From: Octopus sinensis
Taxonomy: Eukaryota
DNA: 64,000 nucleotides
Reading direction: 5' to 3'
NCBI RefSeq assembly: GCF_006345805.1
Contig: NC_043009.1
Coordinates: 51,770,001 to 51,834,000 of the forward strand
Under the pieces are notes generated by a model, which saw nothing but the letters and a program-made list of their open reading frames with translations, had not been told where the DNA came from and made no database searches. Below, in pieces: positions 22,901 to 37,874 of the stretch. The position numbers were made by a program, and so were the translations under genes. Every line of letters begins with the position of its first letter. Position 1 is the stretch's first letter.

Positions 22901-24584
22901 TAGGGGAAAAATAAAAAACGATTAAAGAAACAGCACATCCATTAGACCTTTAACCCCAGACATGTCTGGAATTTTAGTAACAAGAAGAACACTCCAAGAT
23001 AAGAATATCATAAAAGAATAACCTTTAACAATTACCCGTCTCTTGCGTCTGTTAATGTTCCACTTCAAAGAACACCAGTAACATATGCTCTCTTTCTTGC
23101 TGCAACTGGATACAAAAACTTCTACCTTACAGATTAATTTCATACACAGAGTATCACCACCATAGTCTATATCCTGTTGCTTTTCAAGTCACTAAGAGAG
23201 GCTATTAAACTACCTAACAAATTTACTTGCACATACGTATAATATATATAGACATATTTATTTAAAGCATTAATGTACATAGACGTGAATGTGCATTCAT
23301 ATACTTATTCAAATATACACTCACGATTTTCATTCTCATGAGTACGTACACATTCGTTCTATTCTACTTATGAAGCTAAAATCGCGTTCGTATATTAATA
23401 TTTTGTTCCTATTTATATCCATTTATTTGGAATTATAAGTTAATACTTTAAAAAAGAAATTCAATTCTATAAGGTAAACTTATAAGGTTTGTTCTTAAAG
23501 ACACATAATTCTGTATGCCGTGATATATCTATTCATGTATAATAATACAACCGTAGAAATATGTTCAATATTCATTCTATAATTACATCTCGTAAGGTAT
23601 ATGCATTTACACGTAATGACAAAACCATCTAACCTATAGCTGATTGAATTTTAACCAAACGATTTTACATACATGCAAGCTATTACGGGTATGCATTCCG
23701 TATAACTGACCAAGTCATCCTTTTCTGTTTGAGTCTCAAATTAGTATGATATGCAATGTCTTTTGTGGATGTTTCTAAATGATGCAGATTGACGTATCCA
23801 TAGATTCTTCAAAAGGTCGCACCAACATTATGCATATACATGTGCATTTGTTCTCACAGTACATTTGTATACAATGTTTCTACGCTAACATTTGTTGGCC
23901 AGACGACATACTTTCTTATCGCTACCGTTACATTTTTCACTGTACAATTTCCATCTAGGTTACTAATTGTGGTATTCTTTTTATGTTTTTCATCTTGTTG
24001 GCACTCTTGTTGTTACTATTATGGTTATATCCGTTATCTTACCCACAATTTCATTATTAATAATGCTTACAACATTCACGTCGTTATTACATTATCTATA
24101 TTAATATTTGTATCATTACTTGTGCTAGAACTATTTGGATTACCATGATTATGGCATTCCACTATTATACTTTTTCCATATTTGCGGGATTCACGCTATT
24201 TTGGGCATTATTTTTTCAACTCCCTTTTCAGTTCCCATAATAAAATTTAGTTTTCTTTTTTCCCATTTGTATCTCCTTGTATTTTCTTTTAGCATTTTGC
24301 CAAAGATACATTCAAAATGAAATTTCTGTTTGAGTTTCAAAAGTAAAAAACTGCAGCTGATATAGCAGTGTGTTGACTCTGAACACTCGTAGGATGGATA
24401 TGCATACAGCGACTGTTGAATAAAATTTTGTGTATCAAATGTGTAACACTCAGCAATTAACAGCTGATAATGATACGGTGAAAGAATTTTAGTAACATGA
24501 AATGAAGCTTGTTCTACAATCTTCACGTATAAAAATTACAATATTTGTGTGCGTGTATGTGTGTGTGTGTATTAACTTTAGATA

Positions 24585-24765
24585 ATGGGATTGCTTTAGG
24601 TTTCACGTCCTTAATGGACTTAGTTTTACGGCTAATCATCATATTCCAAACTCTGTTGGCTTAAGGCCTCACTAGATAGAGAGGGCTTAAGCCAAATTTT
24701 TTTGAAACTTATGATACGCCATAAAGCTAAGCCCTTTAAGGACGTGAAACCTAAGGTAATCTCAT
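24585..24765. mobile_element. Palindromic MITE-like fold-back element (~85-nt arms, 10-nt loop)
   Basis: ttaggtttcacgtccttaa (left) is the reverse complement of ttaaggacgtgaaacctaa (right); inner ttggcttaag.cctc / gagggcttaagccaa; loop 24671-24680. Confidence 0.85.
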
Positions 24766-24799
24766 ACAGCAGCCTTATCTAACTTATCTATACTGGTCT

Positions 24800-25220
24800 A
24801 AGGCGGCAAGCTGGTAAAGACGTTAGTACGCTGGGCGAAATGCTCAGCGGTATTTCGTCAGTCTTCACGCTCTGAGTTTAAACTCCGCCGATGTCGACTT
24901 TGCCTTTCATCTCTTCGTGGTCGATAAATTAAGTATCACCTGTATATTTTGCATATATATATATATGTGTGTGTGTGTATGTATATATACATATATATAT
25001 ATGTATGTGTGTGTTTATGTTTGTGTGTATGTTTGTCACCCAACATCACTTGACCACCTATGGTAGTGCGTTTACGTCCTCGTACATTAGCGGTTCGACA
25101 ATAGATGCCGATGGAATAAGTACTGGGCTTACAAAGAATAAGTGATGTGGTCTATTTGCCCGACTAAAGGCGGTGCTCCAGCATGGCCGCAGTCAAATGA
25201 CTAAAACAAGTAAAAGAATA
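24800..25220 (+). mobile_element. Chimeric SINE: SINE-A head joined via microsatellite to SINE-B 3' half
   Basis: 24800-24938 is SINE-A (aaggcggcaagctgg...gagtttaaactcc...gtcgataaattaagta); TA/TG repeats; 25030-25220 is the SINE-B 3' half with complete tail. Confidence 0.85.
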
Positions 25221-25225
25221 TATAT

Positions 25226-25265
<40 letters not shown>

Positions 25266-25305
25266 CGAGAAAGAGAGAGAGACAGAGACAGTGATGCGCA
25301 TATAT

Positions 25306-25336
<31 letters not shown>

Positions 25337-25788
25337 TAGATAGATAGATAGATACATACATACATACATACATATATACATACATACATACATATATACA
25401 TACATACATACATACATATATGAATACATATACTGTTACAGAGTCCTGAGTATATGTCGCTCATTTATAGCATTTATAATGCAAGCAATTTCACGTAATT
25501 ACAGGTAGCTAATGAGTGGTGACTGAAACGAATGTAACTACGAACGGAGTATTTATGTTTATCATTCTGACTCATTGAATTTAATGCGCACTACGAGGAA
25601 TTTGGGTCACTTTTGCAACAGTTGTTGTGAAGGCCTTAGTATTTCGTCTGAAGTTTTCTAATTTTGTAACAGACATTTGGAATAGTGTTATTCAATGACT
25701 CAGCTAACTACTTATTATATTGTGCTCTCCCGGTGTAGTACTGTTCTAATGAACACGGTTGTTATGTCCCTTAAGATATCACTGTATG

Positions 25789-25832
<44 letters not shown>

Positions 25833-25926
25833 TCATTATATGCGTTTCTATCCTTATGGTGATAAATGCTATAAATTTCACTGTCAAAATGAACATTTTC
25901 GTGTACATATATATGTGTGCATGTGC

Positions 25927-25984
<58 letters not shown>

Positions 25985-26639
25985 TTGTATACACACGCAG
26001 ATGCACACGTATATACGTACACGAAAATTTTCATTGATAGTCGCAGTTAACACATTTATCAACATGACCATAGAACCCCTTATAATGATAATAATAATGC
26101 TATTTTCTCTCACTTTTAACAGTACGCTCTTAATTTGCTCTGTCAACGTTTCAACATCTCGTCGTACTTTTTTGACTTAGTGACTGAAGGGAAGAAGCCA
26201 CAGCAGTTAGCAAATTAGAACTGTTTAGTTTTTATATTATCCGTCTTTCCTTTCTGATCACTCTGTATATTCTTTTCGTGCTTTGTTGTTTCATATTCAT
26301 TTCGTTTTCTTACTCAAATTCATATTAGACATGCTGGTATAATATATATGGCATGATCAATTTCTCAGTTAATGGAATAAAATTTTATATTTAAATCTTT
26401 AAATTGCGGCTATATTCTCTCTCCTAAAATTTGGAATTTTCTCGTTGAATCACTTTAAAATAAAATTCCAGTTTATCATTTTTGTTTGTAATTCTTGGAA
26501 TTAATATTTTTATTTCTATGAATTATATTTAATAATAATTTAGCTTTTGCGCAAATTGTGTGTAAGGTGCGAGACACTGTATCTATAAAGAATTCTTGAA
26601 GTTGCTTTTATACCTATGATTCGGCTACACGCTTCTAAT

Positions 26640-26815
26640 ATTCGCTTTTCGGTGGAGAGGATAAATTGGTTACATCGACATAAGTGCTCAACTGGTGCAT
26701 TTTTTATTGATCCCGAAAGGATAAAAGGCAAACTCGGCCTTGGTGGAATCTGAACTCAGATGGTAAAGGGCGAAATATTGTTAAGCGTGATATCAATTCT
26801 GCCAGCTTGCCGACA
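26640..26815 (-). mobile_element. Degenerate SINE-A
   Basis: gatcccgaaaggataaaaggcaaa, ggaatctgaactcaga, tctgccagcttgccg. Confidence 0.75.
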
Positions 26816-27984
26816 TAAAAGCCTACCATATTAGACCGTTGTTAAGTAGATATAATTGTGGATAAGGAAAAATTATTTACATTATATATATATTAGAGTT
26901 CTTTATAGATGTCACAAGAATTCAATCACTACTACCATCCACAACACATCACTTTCAGGGCACTTGACCATTTAGCATCCTACTACTATCATGGCACTCC
27001 TGCATTCTCCTCCTTCTTCTTTTTTTTTTCTTCTTCTTTTCTTCTTCTTCTTCTTCTTCTTCTTCTCTGCCAAGAATTCACAACGACCTCGAACCCACAA
27101 CAGTCAACAAGAGAGATAGAGACAGGCAGAAACAAGGAAGATGCCCCTTGTATTTGAATATTATGCAAATATTCTTTTAAAAATCTTTTCTTTTAATTTT
27201 TCCAAAATTTTGTTGTTTTCCATACTTACAGTTGAAAAAGTCTCCATGACAGAAATCGGTACTGAAATGTTTTTTATAAAAAATATGTTTACATTGCCTA
27301 CCTCGACTTTTTTCCATATATATCAACTCGTGTGTTCCTTTTCAACCTTCTACCTATATTATATATATGCATATATACTCAAAAAAACGTTTTTCAGAAT
27401 GAGATAAAAAAACCATTACCTCACATAACTCTATATATACCTATGTATATATGCGTGTGCATTATATAATACTTCTACAATCCCAACTTCAGTTATATGT
27501 TTCCTCTAACAGCCTATATTCCCTTACGCTGCATTAGTGTAAGTTGATCCATCAGCCGTCTTATTTCATATAAAGATATAAAGACTCCCCCATGAAATCT
27601 GAGTAAATTTCGATAACAATCTCCGAGATGTTGTAGCAGATATCTAATCATTATATCCCTGCAGAGAACACAGCGAATAACAGAGAGCTACCGCTGTTTG
27701 TCACTTACTAGCATCTCTATATATCGTTTTTGATGCAAAAGTGAAGATAGAGAAATATGATTTAGAACGTTGATATTAATAGTATAACGATTACTAAAGT
27801 AGTCTGAAGCGGGAAAATACCCCGGGGTAGGAAATATTTGATTACATCCAATTAATTGATGACAAGTAATTATGGAATCCATATAGCTGAAATGCAAAAT
27901 TCAATATTACTGCAATATAGTCATGAAAAAAAAAAAAACAAATAATAATAATATTAATTTTAAAAATTTATTTATTAGATATTC

Positions 27985-28180
27985 ACTCGTACACACACAA
28001 AAAAATATATATATGGCACACTAGGCATAACAACAACGAGAACTTCCAACCTGTTGTCTCTTGAGGTCACTGGGTGAGACTTGGAGCCAACTTGTACAAA
28101 CATAAAGCAAAAGTCAAACATAGAATGATAGTAATAATATTAATAATAATAATAATAATAAAATAATAATAATAATAATA
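27985..28180 (+). mobile_element. Very short 3' UTR stub of R4/Dong-like LINE subfamily 1 with (TAA)n tail
   Basis: gtctcttgaggtcactgggtgagacttggagccaacttgtacaaa...gcaaaagtcaaac matches 30657-30725. Confidence 0.8.
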
Positions 28181-28394
28181 ATTTCTGTTATAGGCACAAG
28201 GTTTTAGGGGAGGTGGGTAGTCGATAACATCGACCCGAATGCTTAACAGGTAATGTAATTTATTGACACGAGTGGATAAAATGGAAAATCGACCTGATTC
28301 CGAGGGCATAATTTTAGATCATTACGTAAAGTTAGATGAAATGTCGATAAACCTTTTACCCAGCGTGTTGAAGATACCACCTTCTCGGCACCTT

Positions 28395-28480
28395 ATAGAA
28401 GATGGGCTACAGAAAATATGCTCAATACCACAAATTTGCGTGTCAGTTGTTTGACCTGGACCAGTTGAGCATGTCCCTTA
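28395..28480 (+). mobile_element. Fragment of element C abutting the LINE 5' end
   Basis: gatgggctacag...ctcaataccac...gttgtttgacc...ccagttgagcatgtccctta matches ~41225-41305. Confidence 0.8.
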
Positions 28481-30730
28481 CAACAATGTTTTGCAACAAC
28501 CTAGTATGATTCCCTCTTGGCTAGTTAATGGTGTAACATTCCTATATTAAAAAAAAATGAAGAAAAAAATTATCGACCCATAAACTGCTTAACAATGTAT
28601 AAAACGCTAACATCTTACTTGACTGAATATACCTATAGCTTTTTTGTAGAAAGTGGCATATTCCCTAGTGAGCAAAAAAAGATGTAAACGTGTGCCCTAT
28701 GGTTGTAAAGATCAGCTGCTCATCAATAAGATAACATTGGAAGATTGTCAAACACGACACAACTTGTCAAGAGCCTGGATAGACTATAAAAAAGCTTTTG
28801 ATAATCTGCCACATAGCTGGATTAAGAAATGTCTGGAAATGTATAAAATAGCCTACTCTGCAAAACTTTTTGTCTGTAAAAATGAGATTATAGAAAACCA
28901 CACTGACTTTGAACACTGACAATGAATTTCACAATGCTGGAGATGTTAGAATTTCATGTGGCATTTTCCTCTCCTCTATCACCACTCCTCTTTTGTCTAG
29001 CCTTTCTACCTCTGTCGAAATTGTTCAATGAAGTACAATACGGTTATAAAATGTTTGATAAAAATATAAATCATCTCTTTTACATGGATGATTTAAAGCT
29101 GTTTGCAAAAAATGAAGAACAATTACAGGGCTTACGATTAAAGAATTGCCTCACGATGCAATTTGGCCTCTTTAAATGAGCATAAGCTACCTTTATCAAA
29201 GGAAAAATGAGAGAAACATCTACCGTTAACCTTGACCAGCAGAATGTCATAGAGGAGTTACAACGAGCGGAGAGCTACAAATACCTAGGAGAGTTTGAAG
29301 GGGACGGAATCAAACATTCAGGGATAAGGGAAAGTTACCGCATGGTAAGAGCAATACTCAAGACAGAGCTGAATGCAAGAAATAGGATCGAAGTGATCAA
29401 TACTTTTGCCATATTAGTCATGACTTACAGATTCAATATCATTAACTGGTCAATTACTGAAATAATTAATCTTGACAGAAAAATACGAAAATCGTTTACA
29501 ATGTATAGAAAGCACCACCCTAAGACAGATATAGAACGACTTTATCTGCCAAGAAATGTGGGAGGCTGTGGAATTTTACAACTGGAAGAACTGGATGTTA
29601 AAACTTGTCTCAAAGCATGAAAACAAGAATGCATCATACTCAGTTATAAAATAAGCAAAGGCATATATGAGTGAATTTCAAATACAACAAATTCCAGAAT
29701 TAGACGTACTAGGAACAAGCACAGAAAAGCTAAGCGTATGAAAACCCATCCTAAAACTGCTGCCTTAGATATTCTTACTGATAACTGGCAGGAAACAACC
29801 TCTCAAATAACCAAAGAGAGCTAATGATGCCGATGTTGACAAAGCACTTACCTAACAATAGTTAATGGCTTCTGGCTTAAAATCAGAAACACATGGGTTT
29901 ATCAAAGCACCCCATGATCAATGCCTACTTACAAGAAAGTGCTAGTCCAACATATGAAAATAGGTAGATTCCAAACATATGTATGGCAACAACAAAATAA
30001 AACCATTGATCATGTTGTCTCCGTGTGCAGTCTTTTTGCGCCTACAGAGTATCGCAACAGGCCTGATAGAGCTGCACAATATATTCAGTGGGTAATTTGC
30101 AAAAACCTGGACCTAAACCATGATAAAAACTTGTGGAAACACAAACCACCTCCAGTGCTTGAAAATGATCACATCTCACTCCTCTGGAAATTAACCCTTC
30201 AAACTGATAGAAAGATAAATGCAAATAGGCCAGACATTATATTGAAAAACGTCCGACAAAAATCATGTCTCCTCATTGACATGACTGTCCCATTCGATAT
30301 ATATCTGTCAAGACCTACCAAAACTGAGCAAGTATAAAGATCTTGAAATAGTAATTGACAAGATGTGGTATCTCAAGACTAAAACAATACCTCTTGTCAT
30401 AGCTGCCCTGGGAATGATAGCAAAGGGGGCCGATTGGTACCTAGCTCAGATACCAGAAAACCTCAAAATGGCAGAAATTCAAAAGATAGTGCTCATGGGA
30501 ACTGCCCATATTCTACGTAAAATACCGTCTATGTAATCTCAAATTTTAAAACAAATTCATAATTTTCCTGTTTTCTTAAACATTCTCTAGAACAATACTA
30601 TGTACAAAACCAAATACATAACCCCCTAGAAATAAAACCAACATGAACGTTTAACTTGTTCTCTTGGGGTCACTGGGGGAGAGGGTGAAGTCAACTTGTA
30701 CAAATAGAATGCAAAGATCAAACGTATACT
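28481..30730 (+). mobile_element. 5'-truncated, decayed R4/Dong-like non-LTR retrotransposon (RT, CCHC remnant, RLE endonuclease)
   Basis: NYRPI; GCKDQLLINK; WIDYKKAFDNLPHSWI; SPLLFCLA; HLFYMDDLKLF (YMDD at 29081-29092); YKYLG; RLYLPRNVGGCG; TIDHVVSVC; NRPDII...LLIDMTVP; KYKDL; stop at 30534-30536; 3' UTR then microsatellite tail. Many frameshifts. Confidence 0.93.
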
Positions 30731-30830
30731 ACTACAACTACTACTACTAGCACAACAACAACAACAACAACAACTACTACTACTACTACTACTAATAATA
30801 ATAATAATGATAATAATAATGATAATAGTA

Positions 30831-30906
<76 letters not shown>

Positions 30907-30965
30907 GGATGGTGATGGTGACAATAACAACAACAACAACACTAATGATAATAATAATAATAGTC
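30730..30965. repeat. Compound (CTA)(CAA)(TAA)(TGA) microsatellite (LINE tail/target)
   Basis: Direct observation; followed by a minus-strand SINE-A 3' end (cctttttactataggcacaaggcct). Confidence 0.95.
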
Positions 30966-31443
30966 CTTTTTACTATAGGCACAAGGCCTGCAAACCTTGA
31001 CTATATCACCCTAGCTACCTAAACTTATTTATGCAGCATTTAAAGATTATGGTGTAATATTTCTTTTACAATGCTATCGATCAGTAGACAAAAGATGATT
31101 TCAAGTGCAAGAAAACACGGGTAATATTTCACTACTAAATTGGTATACATAGACGCAAAATTGCTTAACTAGAAACGAATATTAATATTTCACGAATAGC
31201 CTAATGAATATGTACAGCTTATTAGAAAAGAAATTACCTAGGATTAACTTAATCCCTTCAGACGCCCTATATATTTATTATAGAATATGTTATGAACATA
31301 TTTGACAGAAAATGTCTACTTTTAACGCCATGAAAGCAGACAAAATGTCTCGGGTGTTCGATAAGGTTACCACCATATTAAATATTACAATTGCACACAT
31401 GTATATATCTATATCGTATTTTATACAGGTATAAGGTGTTATG

Positions 31444-31491
<48 letters not shown>

Positions 31492-31596
31492 ACTCTCTCT
31501 CTTCCTCTCTCTCTCTATGTATGTATATATATATATAAATATACACATTTACAAATACAGATATATATATATACATATGCACAAACACACAACGCT

Positions 31597-31612
31597 CCCG
31601 GCGTTGCCCAGG
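31597..31612 (-). mobile_element. Helitron-type 3' subterminal hairpin (terminal CTAG lost)
   Basis: Minus strand CCTGGGCAACGCCGGG is 14/16 identical to the hairpin at 11079-11094. Confidence 0.5.
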
Positions 31613-32148
31613 CGTTATTACCTACAGCCACATTGTATTATTTGTTCCTTTCATGTGGGGGTGAATATAGTGATCTGGGTTACTGGTGAAATCGAAGTTA
31701 TTGTCGGTTTAAAAGTGAAGGGGGAGAGTGAAATCTGCATGGTTTTGCATGTAAGTGCGTTCTGTTCTTGAGAATTGTACGTATTGTTACATCATATAAA
31801 CTGGGGCTTATTATGAGTTTGCGCCAAATCCCGTTTTCAAAAATTTAATTCCCCCCATCCCCACGTCAATTTCCTAATTTGTAACTTTTATTCGAATTTT
31901 ATTTTTTTCTATCCCCGTAGAAAAACACAGGGGTTACAAATCTGGGAAACACATATTTTTTTAAAATCTCATTATTCGTACAGAAACACTAAATTCCCCT
32001 TCCCTCACCTCACCCACCCATAAACTAGCCACTTTCAAAAAGCCAAAACCACCCAATGGTTCACTTTCGTCTAATGTTTCACGCATGCGTAGAATCGTAC
32101 TGAAATTACGGATGTAAAAATTACCAGCCCACCACCAGAAAACCTGAC

Positions 32149-32164
32149 ATGCCCGAAACAACAG
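32149..32164 (+). CDS. Candidate first coding exon (MPETT, phase 1) of an unidentified gene
   Basis: ATG at 32149 then CAG|GTAAAC donor; upstream donor CAT|GTAAGT (~31750) and acceptor tttttttctatccccgtag| (~31920) suggest 5' UTR exons. Splice signals only, no homology. Confidence 0.25.
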
Positions 32165-33879
32165 GTAAACGACATTATTTCTGTAGAAACTTCCCCGCTT
32201 CCCAAAAAGCTAGAAGTGAAACATTGGGTGTTTGTAGGTTTTTGAAAGTGATGAGGTGATGTATGGAATTCTGGGAAGGTGATTTTAGAGGTTTTTTTTT
32301 ATAAAAATGGATGAAGAAATTTCTTAAAGCTTTGTACTCAACTTTTTTCTCCGTAGATTATGAAGAAAAAAATTGGAGAAAAGTTAAAAAATGAAGAATT
32401 TGTAGTGGAGATGGAGAAATTAAAATAGTGACAAAGTGTTTTTGGAAGAAATTCTGATCTCCTGTATCGAAAACATAGGGATCGGAAGAATAAATGTAGG
32501 AGCGTAAATATCACTTAAGAGTTTAAAGGAAGGATTTCTGGTAAAACTTTTTAAGTTTATATCGAAGATCAGCATTTTAAATACGCTCATCGGAAACTCG
32601 AATTACAAAATAGAAAAAGGTCATTTCAATTGGATTTGAGGTGTAATTTTACGCGTGCACACAAAGAAATAACATAATTTGTACAAAGTTTTACCATGTG
32701 AGTGTGTGTGTGTGTGTATGTGTGTGTGTGTGTGTATGTGTGTGTGCGTGCGCCCGTGTCCCAAAGGAAGTAATTTTTTGGCATTCTTTCGTTTGAAGCA
32801 GCAAAGTTGTCAAGTCGATCATATGAGATCTTATGATCGATCGTCAATTTCTGTAACAATTGTTTTATTTCGTTATGCTTTGAAGAGTGAAAAGGCGACA
32901 TTTGCTTTAAAGTAAGAGCAGAAAGTAAAAGAGAGGAGAAAGTGGAAGAAGTATATGTATATAAAATGGACTTGTGTGTGAATCTGTGAGTGGGCGTGCG
33001 TGAGAGAGAGAAAGAGAGAGAGAGAGTGAGTGAAGTTGTGTTTTGTCATGTATGTTTTGCATGTATGTGTAAGTGGCACTCAATGGCTTTCACTCGCACA
33101 CACATCTTTCAAATACACGTGCATAAATACATATGCACACATCTTTTTCTATGTATGTATGTGTGCGCGCGTGTGTGTGTGTGCGTGTGAGAGAAAGAAA
33201 GAAAGAGAGAGAGAGTGACTGTATAACATATAAGGAAATGGATGTGAGTGACTGTCATAACATATAAAGAAATGGATGTCTTTTAATGAGTGATTTAATT
33301 CGGAAAAAAAATCATTACTTTCATTATTCACACAACGGCACTCTCGTCATGCAACACTTTGTAATTTTGGTTCAAATTGAAAGTCTGAAATTATTTTCAC
33401 TTTCTAATGAAACATAGCCGTTGTAGATCAGTGTCTTTCAAATAACTATAGCTTGTTGATAGGATAACATAAAATATATATAAATGAAAATTATATTAAA
33501 TAGGTAGCCGAAAGATTACTGAATATTTGGATATAACATATTCATAATCGACAACTCAGTTTTGGAAACCATAAGAAAAATAACCACACGCGCGCGCACA
33601 CACAAACTCGCTTTTATATATATATAACACTGGAGATATTGAAAGCAATGAAAGAATTCACTCTTAGTCTGTTCCAAGTATTCTGTAATAAACGTATGCA
33701 TTTAGGCAAAAGCTCTACCATCTGTGCGCCTGTGATTTTTCTTAATAGTAACTTATATTTTCATACGAATCAGAGAATTTCATAAATTGATATTTCGAAT
33801 TTTACGTAACCGATCTACCATTCGAATATGGGTAGCATGATATTGGAAGTATTGGTTATTGAAATATTTGTTTAAAATA

Positions 33880-34542
33880 TTAGCACAATGCCTGCAATTT
33901 CAGGCATAGTGTAAATAGATTAAACATTCCCAGTGCTCAACTGGTACTTGTGTTATCGATTCTAAAAATATGTAGGGCAATGTTGCCCTCGGGGGAATCT
34001 GAACTCAGAACATACAGACAGGCCAAATGCTGCTAAGCATTTCTCCCCGGTATGATAACGACTCTGCCAGGTCACCGCCTTGATTAGTATTAGAATACTG
34101 AACTGTCAATGAATATAAATGAATACAAGTTCAATGATGTTTTGTCAAATGATGTTTTGTCAAATCTCTGTTCTGTCGCGGCAAATATCTGGTTCATAGG
34201 GTGTATACGTGTATCTGTGCATAGGGGGGGATTTTGATCATTTATTTGTAAGGTCCGCGGTCTGTGTATCAGATATTAAAATGAGAAAATGCATTGAGGT
34301 CTGACCGATGGTCCTGGAACTGAGAGAAGTACGTATTAACGTGTCGAGCATGCAGGATCGTTTGGACGCCGGGGAAAATACTTGGCGCGATTTCGTATGT
34401 CATTACGTCTGCCGCCGCGATTGACTTTGCTTCTATCTTTTCGGAGGTTCATAAAATACGTACCAGTTGTTCACTGGGTTTGATATAATCGACTTATCCA
34501 CCTTTTCTGAACAGGCTAGCCCTGTGCCAAAATTTGAAATCT
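33880..34542. mobile_element. Head-to-head pair of degenerate SINE-A copies (- at 33880-34081, + at 34340-34542)
   Basis: ggaatctgaactcagaac...ctctgccaggtcaccgcctt on minus; gagcatgcaggatcgtt...gactttgc...gatataatcgactt on plus. Confidence 0.7.
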
Positions 34543-34929
34543 GTATGCATGTATGTGGTGTGTGAGCTGTTATGCGGTTATATATATATATATATAATTG
34601 TGTGTGTATCACACAAGTAACCATATATCGAGGAATTGTAACTAGTTTAGATAATATATTGTCACAGCTTCTTGATCAATAATTGAAGTTCATTTATATC
34701 AGGTTCACAATGGGCAAGGTTCCAAAATATTTCACAATATTTACACTACATTAAATATATTGTGCAATCAGACGAATTAAGATATTAGTGTCTATCCAGC
34801 TAACATTTAGTATGTGCACGCGGTGCATGCATGAATGCTTGTCTATCTATTTGTCTGGGTGTCTGACTCCTTGTCTGTCTATCTATGTATCCCTGTACGT
34901 ACGTATGTGATGCATGTATACATGTACAT

Positions 34930-36299
<1,370 letters not shown>

Positions 36300-36300
<1 letters not shown>

Positions 36301-36815
36301 CGTATGGACATCGTTGTTGAATGCTTGGAAATTTTAGTAGTCCGTTTGTTTGGTTGGAGTATGTTGCACCACATTCCCATGAGTGTATTTAGATGTTTGC
36401 CCACTCTTTCATATTCCTGTGGTGCAACTTCTCTCATGCTACTGATGTGTTTTTGCATGGTCTGAACACAATTCTGTGGGCTGTCTATAGACAGTCAACC
36501 ATACTTGTCCGTAGGGAGGCCCCCTAATTCCCTTTTCCTAATTCACTCTTTCATTTATGGAGGCCTTTAGCGACAGAGGAATTGAGTCAATGGGTTTCCT
36601 CCTTCATTATATTTTTTATTGGTTTTGTTATACCGGTCTAAGATGTGTCGGTTCTATTTCTAGCTGACGAAATCTTTGCCTCTGCCTCACTGTCAGTCTG
36701 TGGTGGGATACATACCCTTTTGTTGAAGGGTACGTCTGTGGAGTAGATCATCCTCAGGTCGTATGACTTGTTTTGGGGTTTATAGAACACTGACTTAGGG
36801 TGTTACTCATGTTAC
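36300..36815 (-). mobile_element. Degenerate retroelement ORF fragment, Penelope-like region N-terminal to RT
   Basis: Minus strand DKYG*LSIDSPQNCVQTMQKHI...PQEYERVGKHLNTLMGMWCNIL resembles the DKSG-containing pre-RT segment of PLEs; resemblance from memory. Confidence 0.5.
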
Positions 36816-36819
36816 GATC

Positions 36820-37046
36820 GTTGTGGTTGTTGTTACGACCGCTGGCATTGTTGTTACTGGTTATGGTGGAGGAGGAGGTGGTGATGGTGGTAATAGTGCT
36901 TGTGTTGTGTTGTTATTTTTGTTGTCGTCGTTGTTGTTATTGATGTGGGTGGTGTTGGTGTTGGTGTTGGTGGCGGTGTGGATGATATTGTGGTTTGTAT
37001 TGTTGTCCGTGTGCGGGATGTTGCGTTTATTGTTATTGTTATTGTT

Positions 37047-37091
<45 letters not shown>

Positions 37092-37180
37092 GTAAAATAT
37101 ATATGTATGTGTGTGTGTATGTGTGTGTATGTGTGTGTGTATGTGTGTGTGTGTGTATGTGTGTTTGTGTGTGTGTGAAT
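36820..37180. repeat. (GTT)/(GGT), (TA), (TG) microsatellites
   Basis: Direct observation. Confidence 0.9.
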
Positions 37181-37874
37181 TTATCTAACTGATATATCAA
37201 GAAATCACTACATCAATGTTTGACCGACAAGTCTAAATAGTCAAATCTGAACTTGTGTTTAAGTTGATATGGGTATAATACACATATTAATCAATGAAAT
37301 TGCGACTTTGATTTTATTTTATTCAACATATTCCCTTCTCAGATTCATACATTTATTGCAGCGGTCCTTCATATTTTCTAAACACTGTAAGGGAACTCGG
37401 AAGATAGAGTCTTCAACCAAGCCTTTCGCTGTAGTCTTAAAGCCAAGAACATTTCAACACTTCTTATGCGTGTGTGTTTTGTATATATATATATTTATCC
37501 ATTATTACTTCCCCACTTTATTTTTTCTGTACGTACATATATATATATACTCATTATTTTTTTTGGCATTTTAAATTTTCGTCGTGCGTGCATTTGCTTT
37601 AGCCTGGACGTGTAGTAATTAGAACAAGCTGCAAAAGCTTAACTCTTATAGTAATCTCTAAGGTAGCATCTAACATCTCCGCACGAAAGTTCCTTTTGTT
37701 TAGTGGTTTAAACTTTAAGCAGAGCCGAAATTTATGTTCAGCAAATATTTGAAAACGCATCAAAATATGATTAGTGTAAACTGCTTCGAAATTTTATTGC
37801 TTTCTACAAATACCTTCTACAAACTGTTTCACGCATATGAGCAGTGCATATTACAATTAAATTTATTTGCGCAG

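Noticed and set aside
23855-24015. Minus-strand ~52-codon frame rich in N-x-S/T sequons (NTT, NCT, NVT, NVS)
   Set aside because: Bounded by stops, no credible splice sites, and Asn/Thr/Val richness follows from local base composition.
33213-33279. 33-bp tandem duplication (gagtgactgt...ggatgt)
   Set aside because: Ordinary local slippage next to a GA repeat.
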